This document shows, one piece after another, positions 18,170-26,749 of a stretch of 64,000 nt of DNA. Both the position numbers and the translations under genes were made by a program. Source of the DNA: Clostridiales bacterium (lineage in GTDB: Bacteria > Bacillota > Desulfotomaculia > Desulfotomaculales > VENG01). Below the pieces are notes generated by a model. It was not told the DNA's origin. It made no database searches and saw only the letters and a program-made list of their open reading frames with translations. Every line of letters begins with the position of its first letter. Within the stretch, counting starts at the first letter, position 1. The stretch spans positions 4,002 through 68,001 of the forward strand of contig JADQBQ010000018.1 in NCBI GenBank assembly GCA_016278505.1, written 5' to 3'.

Positions 18170-19942
18170 TTATAAAAGGGTTTGCAACTGTTCTAACATC
18201 TCACTAACCCGTTTTTGGTCACCGGCCTTTTCGGCCTCAACCAGTTTATCCATTAGACTCTCTCGTCTTTCCCGTTTTAAAAACTTCTGCATAGCTTGAA
18301 TATAGGAGGGCAATATTTTGACCGGTTCAGCCTCGGGTACATTTTCCATAAGCAAATCCCCAAGTAACTTCTGGTCATCTTCATCCAGAAAATCGAAAAT
18401 AATTGCCGGGTTATAATCTGACCGCTCTATTAGCGGTAATGCCGTCTTAAAAACTCTGTCCAACATAGGATGCTTAAAGAAATTTTCTTCCAGTTCTTTT
18501 TGAACAGTTGACACTAATTGAGGATTCTCCAATATTAATCGCAGAATCATTTTCTCTGCTTTAGTTCTAGCATCCAATTGCTCAGTATTGTGTTTAGTAT
18601 TATGCTTATTTTTAGTAATTTTATCCGAATTTGGCCTTTTTTTTCGGTCTTTCTCAATAAACCTTTTAAACTCACCGGCTATTGCATCCCAACTGGTGTG
18701 TAACCTTGTTGCCAGCAGCTTTATACTTTCCGCCCTCTCCACATCATCCCGAATATTTACCAGGTTGGGTAGTAGCTGCTGCAACACCGCTGATTTATTA
18801 TTCGACTCACCCGCAGCATCTGCCTTAATCTGTCTAAATTTATATTCTAACAGGGGTTCAGCACCGGCCACAAGACCTTCCCACCCTTGAGCACCATGCA
18901 GCTGCAGAAATTCATCAGGGTCTTTACCATCAGAAATACTGATCACCCGCACACGGCAGCCCATTTCCTGCATTAAGTCCAATCCTCTAATAGTGGCGGC
19001 AATACCGGCAGCATCAGCATCATAAGCAATCACCACATCATTGGTATAACGTTGCAGTAACCTCACCTGATCCTTGGTAAGGCTGGTGCCCAACGACGCT
19101 ACGGCATTGTTAACCCCATTTTGATTAGCGGCAATAACATCCATATAGCCTTCCATTATTATAACGTAGCCACTTTCTCTAATATACCGACGTGATTCGT
19201 TAATGCCGTATAAAACCCTGCTTTTATTAAAATATTCCGTTTCCGGCGTATTTAAATATTTAGGTTCTCCAGAACCGAGAACACGTCCTCCAAAACCCAC
19301 AACATTTCCACTAACATCATGGATAGGAAATATTATTCGCGAGCGAAAACGATCATACGCACCTCTTTTACCCTCTGCAGCAAGCCCTAATTTAACTAAA
19401 GCATCAGCGCCTACTTTATGTTTGTTCAAATGCCTTACCAGACTGTTCCATGCACCTGGAGCAAATCCCAACTCAAAATTGCTTACGGTTTCCTCAGACA
19501 CCCCTCGCCCTTGAAGATACTCTCTGGCCGGTGCGGCCTCTTCCCAGTGGGCCAAAACCTCTTGAAAAAATTTCTTTGCCATTGCGTTAACCTTAAAGGC
19601 AGAGTCATTTTTCCGTGAGCGCGTCGGTTTATCACCCTGCCCTTCAACGGATACGGTTACTCCCACCCGCCTGGCCAAGGTCTCAACAGATTCCTGGAAA
19701 GTAAAGCCTTCATGGAGCATTAAAAACTTAAATACATTTCCTCCGGCTGCACAGCCAAAACAATAAAAAATTTGTTTTTCGGGACTTACCGTAAAAGAAG
19801 GGTCCCTTTCCTGGTGAAACGGACAAGGCCCCACAAAATTTCTACCCTTCTTTTTGAGCTGGATATAATCGGATATAACTTCAACAATATCCACTCTGCT
19901 ACGAATATCATCCAATGTATTTTCAGGAATAAAACCTGACAC
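18170..19942 (-). CDS. dnaG: DNA primase
   Basis: 590 aa. Zinc ribbon CPFHQERDPSFTVSPEKQIFYCFGC. TOPRIM EGYMDV. Immediately upstream of rpoD. Confidence 0.95.
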   Translation of the reverse strand: MSGFIPENTLDDIRSRVDIVEVISDYIQLKKKGRNFVGPCPFHQERDPSFTVSPEKQIFYCFGCAAGGNVFKFLMLHEGFTFQESVETLARRVGVTVSVEGQGDKPTRSRKNDSAFKVNAMAKKFFQEVLAHWEEAAPAREYLQGRGVSEETVSNFELGFAPGAWNSLVRHLNKHKVGADALVKLGLAAEGKRGAYDRFRSRIIFPIHDVSGNVVGFGGRVLGSGEPKYLNTPETEYFNKSRVLYGINESRRYIRESGYVIIMEGYMDVIAANQNGVNNAVASLGTSLTKDQVRLLQRYTNDVVIAYDADAAGIAATIRGLDLMQEMGCRVRVISISDGKDPDEFLQLHGAQGWEGLVAGAEPLLEYKFRQIKADAAGESNNKSAVLQQLLPNLVNIRDDVERAESIKLLATRLHTSWDAIAGEFKRFIEKDRKKRPNSDKITKNKHNTKHNTEQLDARTKAEKMILRLILENPQLVSTVQKELEENFFKHPMLDRVFKTALPLIERSDYNPAIIFDFLDEDDQKLLGDLLMENVPEAEPVKILPSYIQAMQKFLKRERRESLMDKLVEAEKAGDQKRVSEMLEQLQTLL

Positions 19943-20145
19943 TTTATAACCACCTGCAAAAAATTATTACTATAAATAAATGAAATTCTACACAGCAGAG
20001 TTTTTCCCTTTTCTTTTTTTACAATGTCTTTAAAGCAACAATAACCGTTCTTCTTTTCTATAATTCGATATTACTATAGATTCTCCTTCCTCTGTTTCGA
20101 CAAATTTTCTGCTATGAAAGCATTACTTAGCATTCCCAACATTTG

Positions 20146-21186
20146 TCAACAATAAACTTGATCCGGTGTAGTGAAAGAACGGGGAATAAACAATCTCCCA
20201 AAGGTGGTAATAGCATATCTATCTGTCATTCCCGCTATATAATCGCAAACTGTCCTTTCCACTCCCACCTCTTCACATAAAGCCCTGTATTCCGTAGGTA
20301 GCTTTTGCGGGTTGGTGACAAAAAAATGATATAAATATTGCAGAACGTGACGGGCTTTTTCCTCTTCTCTCTTAGCCTCAGAACCAATATATACATGGTC
20401 AAAGAGAAACTGTCTTAGCCTATCCGTTGCCTCCTGCACAACAGGTCCCATACCAATGGCAGGCCGCTCCCAGCTATTTTTAATTAAATCCATTACCATT
20501 ACGTTGATTCTTTCTCTGTGGCTATTTCCCAGGATCGAAATACAACTCGGCGGCAACTCATCTTCACTCAAAATACCGCCCCTTACAGCATCATCTATGT
20601 CATGGTTTATATAAGCTATCCTGTCAGCTATTTTCACAACCTGGCCTTCCAAGGTATTTGGCTTTTCTCGGCCGGTATGATGGAGGATCCCGTTTTGCAC
20701 CTCGGCTGTAAGGTTAAGTCCGCAATCTCCTTCGAGATGCCGAACTACCCTAAGGCTTTGTTCGTTGTGACGAAACCCCCCCGGAAAAACTTCATCCAAA
20801 GCAGACTCTCCGGCATGGCCAAAAGGTGTATGCCCTAAATCGTGGCCAAGTGATATAGCCTCGGTAAGGTCTTCATTTAATCGTAGTGCTTTAGCTACGG
20901 TACGTGCAATTTGCGCAACCTCCAGGGTATGTGTTAGCCTGGTCCGGTAATGATCACCGGCAGGAATTATGAAGACCTGGGTTTTTTGTTTGAGACGCCG
21001 GAAACTCTTAGAATGAATAATCCTGTCCCGGTCTCTTTGAAAGACAGTACGAACCCGGCATGATTTCTCCGGCACCATTCGCCCTTTGCTGTCAGCGCTA
21101 TAACAGGCATAAGGAGATAGAATCTTCTTTTCCAGGCTTTCAGTATGCTCGCGTATATCCACTGTACCACCTCGTCTCACCGGCAA
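20146..21186 (-). CDS. dGTP triphosphohydrolase-like HD-domain protein
   Basis: HD motifs (RLTHTLEVAQIAR, HDLGHTPFGH). The likely true start is GTG 21162 after GAGGTGG. Confidence 0.8.
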   Translation of the reverse strand: MPVRRGGTVDIREHTESLEKKILSPYACYSADSKGRMVPEKSCRVRTVFQRDRDRIIHSKSFRRLKQKTQVFIIPAGDHYRTRLTHTLEVAQIARTVAKALRLNEDLTEAISLGHDLGHTPFGHAGESALDEVFPGGFRHNEQSLRVVRHLEGDCGLNLTAEVQNGILHHTGREKPNTLEGQVVKIADRIAYINHDIDDAVRGGILSEDELPPSCISILGNSHRERINVMVMDLIKNSWERPAIGMGPVVQEATDRLRQFLFDHVYIGSEAKREEEKARHVLQYLYHFFVTNPQKLPTEYRALCEEVGVERTVCDYIAGMTDRYAITTFGRLFIPRSFTTPDQVYC

Positions 21187-21190
21187 AAGT

Positions 21191-21220
21191 CATGCCCCGA
21201 CAGTGTCCTGCCGGGGCATG
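21191..21220 (-). terminator. Hairpin downstream of the flavoprotein gene
   Basis: CATGCCCCG-loop-CGGGGCATG perfect stem. Confidence 0.45.
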
Positions 21221-21306
21221 TAACCGGATACAAACAGCTTCGAGGCTTGTTGCAGGACCGTACATTAACATGGCCGGCTTATGAGGTCCTGTTTTTTTAC
21301 AGACGA

Positions 21307-21909
21307 TTACCGGTCTGCCCGGAGGCCTTTAGTTGCCTGTGCAACTTCAACCATCCTGCGGGCCAGTATTTTGGTCCGTTTCAAGCCTTCCTGGTCCTCG
21401 CCGGACGGTTTTTGAGAGCACCCTCCCTGGTGCCCGGCATCGTCATCATGGAAGCCGTCTCCAATCACAGTCATTCCCTGGCAAAGCATCATGTCCTGCA
21501 AAGCCCTTAAAGTTGTCTCCTGGCCGCCGAAGCGGGCTCCCCCCACGGCCAGCGCTCCTCCTATGGTATTCACAAGCTTTTTACCGGTACGCAACTTTCT
21601 GGTCTTATCCCAAAAACCTTTTAACTGGGCAGACACTGTACAAAAATATACCGGACTACCGAAAATAATCCCATCAGCCCGGCTCATTAAGTCAAAAGTT
21701 TCGTCAAGAGCGGTTCCTTGATAACACTTCCCTTCACACGGGTGAGAACAGGCGGTACAAAAGGGAACCTTGACACTCCTCATTATTTCCGGAACTTGAA
21801 CGAAAACCCCTTCCGCCCCTTGAGCCTGAATTTCTTCGATGGCCGAATTTAACATGATTGAAGTATTGCCCGATCTATTGGGACTTCCGTTAACTGCCAG
21901 AATTAGCAT
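21307..21909 (-). CDS. NADPH-dependent FMN reductase / iron-sulfur flavoprotein family protein
   Basis: MLILAVNGSPNRSGNTS flavodoxin-like N-terminus. Compact Cys cluster CTACSHPCEGKC. Confidence 0.7.
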   Translation of the reverse strand: MLILAVNGSPNRSGNTSIMLNSAIEEIQAQGAEGVFVQVPEIMRSVKVPFCTACSHPCEGKCYQGTALDETFDLMSRADGIIFGSPVYFCTVSAQLKGFWDKTRKLRTGKKLVNTIGGALAVGGARFGGQETTLRALQDMMLCQGMTVIGDGFHDDDAGHQGGCSQKPSGEDQEGLKRTKILARRMVEVAQATKGLRADR

Positions 21910-22459
21910 GTAATCATCCCTCTTTCAAGCAAAGTTGGTAAAGTTAAGGCGGTCTTTCCTGTTTAAAACAAATTAAGCTACATTTAAGCCGATATAATCA
22001 AATAGTATGCCTTTATCTACGCTTTAGAACATTAACACCTACATTAACACAACTTTAAGGTAAGGTGTAGGTTTTTCTCTTACAACCACTTCAAATCAGC
22101 TGGAATAGAAAATAACGGGGGAGCTTATTTGGTTACTAAATATTGCTTTTTATAAGCCTGTTGGTAAATTTACGGCCCCCAAAAGTCGCATCTACCCCAC
22201 AATTTTTACCTCCGCACCGAAGTGCAGGTTTTATACGAATTAACGGATATTGGATTTAATTTCTCTATGATAAACAAATTTCCTGTTTTTTATGTCAAAA
22301 AATTTTCCCTCTATGATTAAATTTCCGGTTTTCAATAAAAACATCCTCATACACCGCTGCTAAGTTATTTTGTGTCGGCCAAAGCATCAAAAGTTTTTCC
22401 GCATGGGATAATAGATTTTATGTTTAACATTCGAATCCACTTAATGTTTTCGGGGATTG

Positions 22460-23246
22460 ATGCTCATGTTAGTTTTTGAACTGGCAATTATACTGCTGGC
22501 ATCCAAGATTTTTGGAAATGGGACAGCTTAAATCCCGAGAAGGAACAGCGATTTTGGGGGCAGCCGTAATTGATGACGTATTGGTAATTATCATGCTGGC
22601 CTTTGCCATGAGTTTCGGAGGCGGAGACGTAAGCTTGGGCGGTGTAATTCTAAAGAAAATAATTTTCTTCGTGACTGCAATTATTATAGGTTGGAAAATA
22701 GTCCCCCCAGCCTTAGAGCAACTGGCCCCCTTGAGAGTTACTCAGACGGTTATTTCCGCAGGGCTGATCACCTGCTTTATCTTTGCATATATGGCTGAAA
22801 TTGCCGGTGTAGCTCCTATCATAGGTGCTTACATTGCAGGAATTGCCATTAGCACCACCGATTTTAAACACAAAGTATTCGAAAAGGTGGAAACCATAGG
22901 CTATGCTATATTTGTACCCGTTTTTTTCACCTCTATCGGCGTCACGGCAGAATTTATCGGTTTAGGTGGCTACATCTGGCTGGCTATGGTTTTAACAATT
23001 GTTGCGGTACTTGCCAAATTAGTTGGATCGGGAATTGGAGCCAAACTGGCAGGATTTAGCTGGAAAAGTGCAGCCGGAATAGGTGTCGGCATGGCTCCCC
23101 GGGGTGAAGTGACATTGATTATAGCCTCGGTGGGCTTAAGTTCAGGGCTTATAGCCGATAAAATGTTCGCCGTAATTGTTATTGTTGTCTTAGCTGCAAC
23201 CCTGGTGACCCCACCCTTAATGAAGGTGTTTTTTTCACGGACATAA
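22460..23246 (+). pseudogene. Cation:proton antiporter (CPA2/Kef-NapA type) with an internal deletion and frame change
   Basis: 22460/22466 encodes (ML)MLVFELAIILLASKIFG, a typical antiporter N-terminus, then stops after NGTA. A second frame resumes at ..MGQLKSREGTAILGAAVIDDVLVIIMLAF, which is a mid-protein motif. The first transmembrane helices are therefore missing. Confidence 0.7.
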
Positions 23247-23826
23247 AAAAGAAGGATAGACTGTTAATGGAGTGCCACATTGCCATATCCTTCTTATGTG
23301 CATGATAATTATTCTTACCACTATTGAAATAGCGCCCTTCGATGTCGGATGGACTTAAATTCTCATTGAGGCTCATAGCCTCTGGATCATAGGATGCACT
23401 AGTAAGTCTTTTTGCTAGACCCTCCTGTGTAAAATCTACCGGAATGAAATGTAATTGTCCTGGCTTCGCCCATCCTAATTCAGTTATTCGGCGACGTTTA
23501 AAGTCTTGTGTGGCGGGATGATCAATCCCAAAAACCTTAAGCCTTTCTACGATTTCCGGTCGTCTAAATACAAATGTATCCATCCCTGCCCCTAATATTA
23601 CATACTGCTTAACTCCATGAACTACAGCCTTCTCAAGGAGATCTTCCAAATATCGTGCACCACTAATAGCATTATTTGCTTGCATTAAAGCCTCTTTAGG
23701 TAAAATTTTGTTCAATTAATTTCCGGCTATCTTCAGGAATCAAGCTGTATGCTAAGAAATCATCAAAGATCTTTGGTTCAGCATATCTGTTCGAAGGCCT
23801 GCAGTTTACAATACCATTAAAATAAG
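23179..23826 (-). pseudogene. LCM/TcmP-like class I SAM-dependent O-methyltransferase, frameshifted and C-terminally degraded
   Basis: The ORF contains GVKQYVILGAGMDTF motif I. An upstream segment (..RYAEPKIFDDFLAYSLIPEDSRKLIEQNFT) reads in another frame and ends in a stop 1 nt out of phase. The C-terminal third loses family resemblance and overlaps the antiporter remnant. Confidence 0.5.
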
Positions 23827-24274
23827 GGGAATCTGAGGAGGATCGATCGGGGGTTAGGGATTTCTAAAGCTTTAATAATTTGCGCTATACTAATTTTTGT
23901 TCTATTTCCGTAACACATTCTGTTTTGATTTTTTCAACCAAGAATTGCAGGCCATCTACAACATGTGGCAACTATCTTGACGTTCCGTTCCAGGCACCAG
24001 CGGACGGTGTTGGCGGATATGGTATGCAGAAGGTGCTCCTTTCGCCGCTCAAATCTGTTAAGGAAACGATTCATTTTGCAAAAATACCGATTTTGCCCCA
24101 ATAGATTTATCAATATCAGAAGCATATATTTTGTTTCTTTATAAACATAAATATTTTTGTCTCGGGAATTGTGCCTAAAGTTAAAACAATTTCCTTCTTA
24201 CCATTATCGTCTAAATCAAATTCCACTGTATGCCCGTCTTATCTGTAGGCTCAAATTACCCCCGCCTTAAGCCT

Positions 24275-24592
24275 TCAGGAATCACGTAAACGCTTGGCTA
24301 TATCGCTGGCACTGTACAAAACGTTTGTAATGATTACCCGATCTTCTCTGGTATGGAAAAATACAGAAAAGTTATCAACAAGCATTAGCCTGAGTCCCAG
24401 CGCACCTTCTTCTTCTGTCTCCATTAACTTCACACGTTCCGGGAACGTATCAAGAGTTTCGATTGCGTCAGCTATTCTGGTATACTGTCCCATGGCCGCT
24501 TCCGGTGCCTGTAGCTGCTCTGCGATATAATAATAAATCTCTTCCATATCGGAAAGTGCCTTCTCCGTGATCTGAACCTTATACTGCTTCAT
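24275..24592 (-). CDS. Type II toxin, RelE/ParE family
   Basis: 105 aa. Typical ParE-like organisation (..FPERVKLMETEE...RLMLVDNFSVFFHTREDRVIITNVLY). 4-nt overlap with the upstream antitoxin gene. Confidence 0.8.
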   Translation of the reverse strand: MKQYKVQITEKALSDMEEIYYYIAEQLQAPEAAMGQYTRIADAIETLDTFPERVKLMETEEEGALGLRLMLVDNFSVFFHTREDRVIITNVLYSASDIAKRLRDS

Positions 24593-24894
24593 GCATGTGT
24601 CTTCCGAAATCTCCGAAAGGCAGCAGATGCATCCTGCACATTACCTTTTTCAATATCGTTGTATCCTTCCTTTAACTTGGCATGAATTTCGTCCGTTGTC
24701 ATCAAATCGGCGTTTACGGAAACCGGTGCTTTCGGCAGTGTTACAGCAAAAGGTATTCCGCCGGTCATTGAAATCTGCTTCAGATAAATATCTATTGCTG
24801 TGGACATAGGCATGCCCAGTTGCGAAAGGACTTCTTCAGCCCTTCTTTTTACGTCAGGATTAACTCTTAAATTTAAAGTCGTAGTTTTTTCCAT
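24589..24894 (-). CDS. Type II antitoxin, RelB/DinJ family
   Basis: MEKTTTLNLRVNPDVKRRAEEVLSQLGMPMSTAIDIYLKQI is a ribbon-helix-helix DinJ-type N-terminus. ATG 24894 lies 9 nt after AGGGAG. Confidence 0.8.
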   Translation of the reverse strand: MEKTTTLNLRVNPDVKRRAEEVLSQLGMPMSTAIDIYLKQISMTGGIPFAVTLPKAPVSVNADLMTTDEIHAKLKEGYNDIEKGNVQDASAAFRRFRKTHA

Positions 24895-25157
24895 GTTAAT
24901 CATCTCCCTTTTAATAACATTGTAAGGCTTTCGTCGTTACTATACAATAACAATCTTCCTTTGTCTCACAACAATTCTCTTAAGTACTTAATATGTGAAG
25001 CTTTGTAATTTACCCCCTGTCATTTGAAGCTACTTTAATTGGTCTTTGTTGTTAACCTTAGCCTGGGCTGCGACTATCATAAAAGACTAATCACTATTTT
25101 CTACTGTTATGAAACACTACTTGTAACCGATGCTGCGGCGACTAAATCCTATCAAAC

Positions 25158-25345
25158 CTACCCGTAAAATGCTCCCAGGTGGGATACATCGTGGACACCG
25201 GGAAACTTATCCAAATCTGCGACAGGCTTGATAGTTTCCGCCGTGACAGTTTTACGGGTCAGGTGGCGTAGCTCTGCCAAGGTTCCGGATTCTACAATTT
25301 CCCCCTGTCGGATGATGCCAACACGATCACAAAAGGCTAAGGCAA
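25158..25345 (-). pseudogene. Fragment of an ABC transporter ATPase (C-terminal part only)
   Basis: ..CDRVGIIRQGEIVESGTLAELRHLTRKTV.. with no Walker A/B or signature motif, and no credible start. Confidence 0.6.
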
Positions 25346-25347
25346 TT

Positions 25348-25845
25348 TTATTCCAAAATATACACAGTACCCTGCCCTCCATCAACAACAACCTTATCGC
25401 CCGTCTTAAGTCTTAAAGTGGCGTTACCGCATCCTACAACAGCAGGAATCCCTAGCTCTCTGGCAACTATAGCAGCATGGGACAAGGGTGCACCTACGTC
25501 AGTTATTATTGCTGCAACTCTAGGGAAAAGAGGGGTCCAACCTACATTAGTAGTTGTTGCAACTAGAATTTCACCTCCATAAGTTCAGCAGTTCTTCCTT
25601 AGTGTTTGTTTTCTTAATGGCTGCCTTTGTCCTTCTGCACCAATCAGGCGTATCCTGAACAAATTGCGACAGGCTTTTTGAAACTTCCCGATTCTTTTTC
25701 AAGTAATATCTGATTCCCGGAAACATTGCCTTTATTACATCCATTCTTGAAAATGGATAGGCTGGAATTGTTAACCCTTCTGGTATCTGGCCGAATACTT
25801 CCCCGAGAATTTTTAAACCTAATTTTGGGTGTTTCTCCGTTTTTA
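25348..25845 (-). pseudogene. C-terminal remnant of a PEP-utilising (PpsA/rifampicin-phosphotransferase-like) enzyme, frameshifted
   Basis: Mobile His-domain sequence GGEILVATTTNVGWTPLFPRVAAIITDVGAPLSHAAIVARELGIPAVVGCG...GTVYILE-stop. The preceding segment (..QIPEGLTIPAYPFSRMDVIKAMFPGIRYYLKKN..) is in a different frame. There is no N-terminal ATP-grasp part. Confidence 0.6.
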
Positions 25846-25849
25846 ATTA

Positions 25850-26200
25850 TTATTTCCGCAAAATCTTATCCATCGCTTTTCCCTTTGCTAACTCATCGAT
25901 CAGCTTATCCAAATAGCGAATTTCCTGCATAGTTGGTTCTTCAATGTCTTCCACTCGGACACCGCAGACCACACCTTTGATCAAAGCCCGTGAAGGATTC
26001 AGTTGGGGAGCTTCCGCAAAGAAGGTTTCAAAGTCTGTCTGTTTTTCCAGTTGCGCTTCTAACTCTTCCTGGCTATATCCTGTCAACCAACGGATGATTT
26101 CATCGACTTCTGTTTTCGTACGTCCTTTTTTCACCGCCTTCGCAACATAATGGGGATAGACACTTGCAACACTCATTGTATAGATACGATGTTTGGTCAT
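25850..26200 (-). CDS. DUF2200 domain protein
   Basis: 116 aa. [42 protein letters not shown] matches my recollection of the DUF2200 family. Confidence 0.6.
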   Translation of the reverse strand: MTKHRIYTMSVASVYPHYVAKAVKKGRTKTEVDEIIRWLTGYSQEELEAQLEKQTDFETFFAEAPQLNPSRALIKGVVCGVRVEDIEEPTMQEIRYLDKLIDELAKGKAMDKILRK

Positions 26201-26674
26201 GATACATCCTCGCTTATATTTATTAAATTACCGATATTTAGTATTACCATTGAGCTTGCATCAGTTCATAATCTTACGTGCTGTGTTGACATTTCTTATC
26301 GTAACTTGTTTATATATCTTTGATCCAACGATCTTTTGCTTTCCACTTTTGGTTACATTTTTCTTGTCAACCGACCATAGGATTGCGCCGGGTACATATT
26401 TTATCGTGTCAATATTTGCTTTAATAACCAAATTCTCAAGTACAGATTCATCATGCTAATATTTCACCATTCACCATTATACCCTGACATTTTCGGCAAC
26501 AAATTACCTTGCAAATCTATTAATGCACATTATAACAATTTTTTTGGCACTGCCCCTTTTTAAGAAGCCCAGACTTACTAATGTGGTAGAATAATTGGAA
26601 GAAATTTAATATTACATCATACAGTAACTCATGCTTATTAACACACTCGCCCTAATTTAATAAATAACAAAGCA

Positions 26675-26723
26675 AAACCAGGGTACTGCCTCTTAATCTC
26701 ATTAAGTGACAGTACCCTGGTTT
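26675..26723 (-). terminator. ppdK intrinsic terminator
   Basis: CCAGGGTACTG ... CAGTACCCTGG 11-bp perfect stem followed (minus strand) by TTTTGCTTTGTT. Confidence 0.7.
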
Positions 26724-26749
26724 AAATTTTCATTGAAGCCTTACTTCGA

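Noticed and set aside
19943-20145. Possible small gene between dnaG and the dGTPase gene (the yqxD position in Bacillus)
   Set aside because: No ORF with a start codon and RBS is visible. The region is AT-rich with T-runs and more likely holds promoter or terminator signals.
22476-23246. 256-aa ORF as an intact short transporter
   Set aside because: The upstream out-of-frame canonical antiporter N-terminus and the mid-protein entry point indicate a deletion pseudogene.
23880-24130. Calling an IS/transposase gene from the HTH-like fragments
   Set aside because: The frames are interrupted by stops, no DDE or recombinase motifs are visible, and no terminal repeats were found. It is mentioned only as a possible remnant.
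26201-26460. Minus-strand frame encoding ..LENLVIKANIDTIKYVPGAILWSVDKKNVTKSGKQKIVGSKIYKQVTIRNVNTARKIMN, and the plus-strand ORFs 25726..25932 and 26193..26459
   Set aside because: The minus-strand frame has no ATG or GTG start and no RBS, only an internal TTG, and I recognise no family. It is possibly another gene remnant of the island. The plus-strand ORFs are hydrophobic low-complexity readings of AT-rich DNA.
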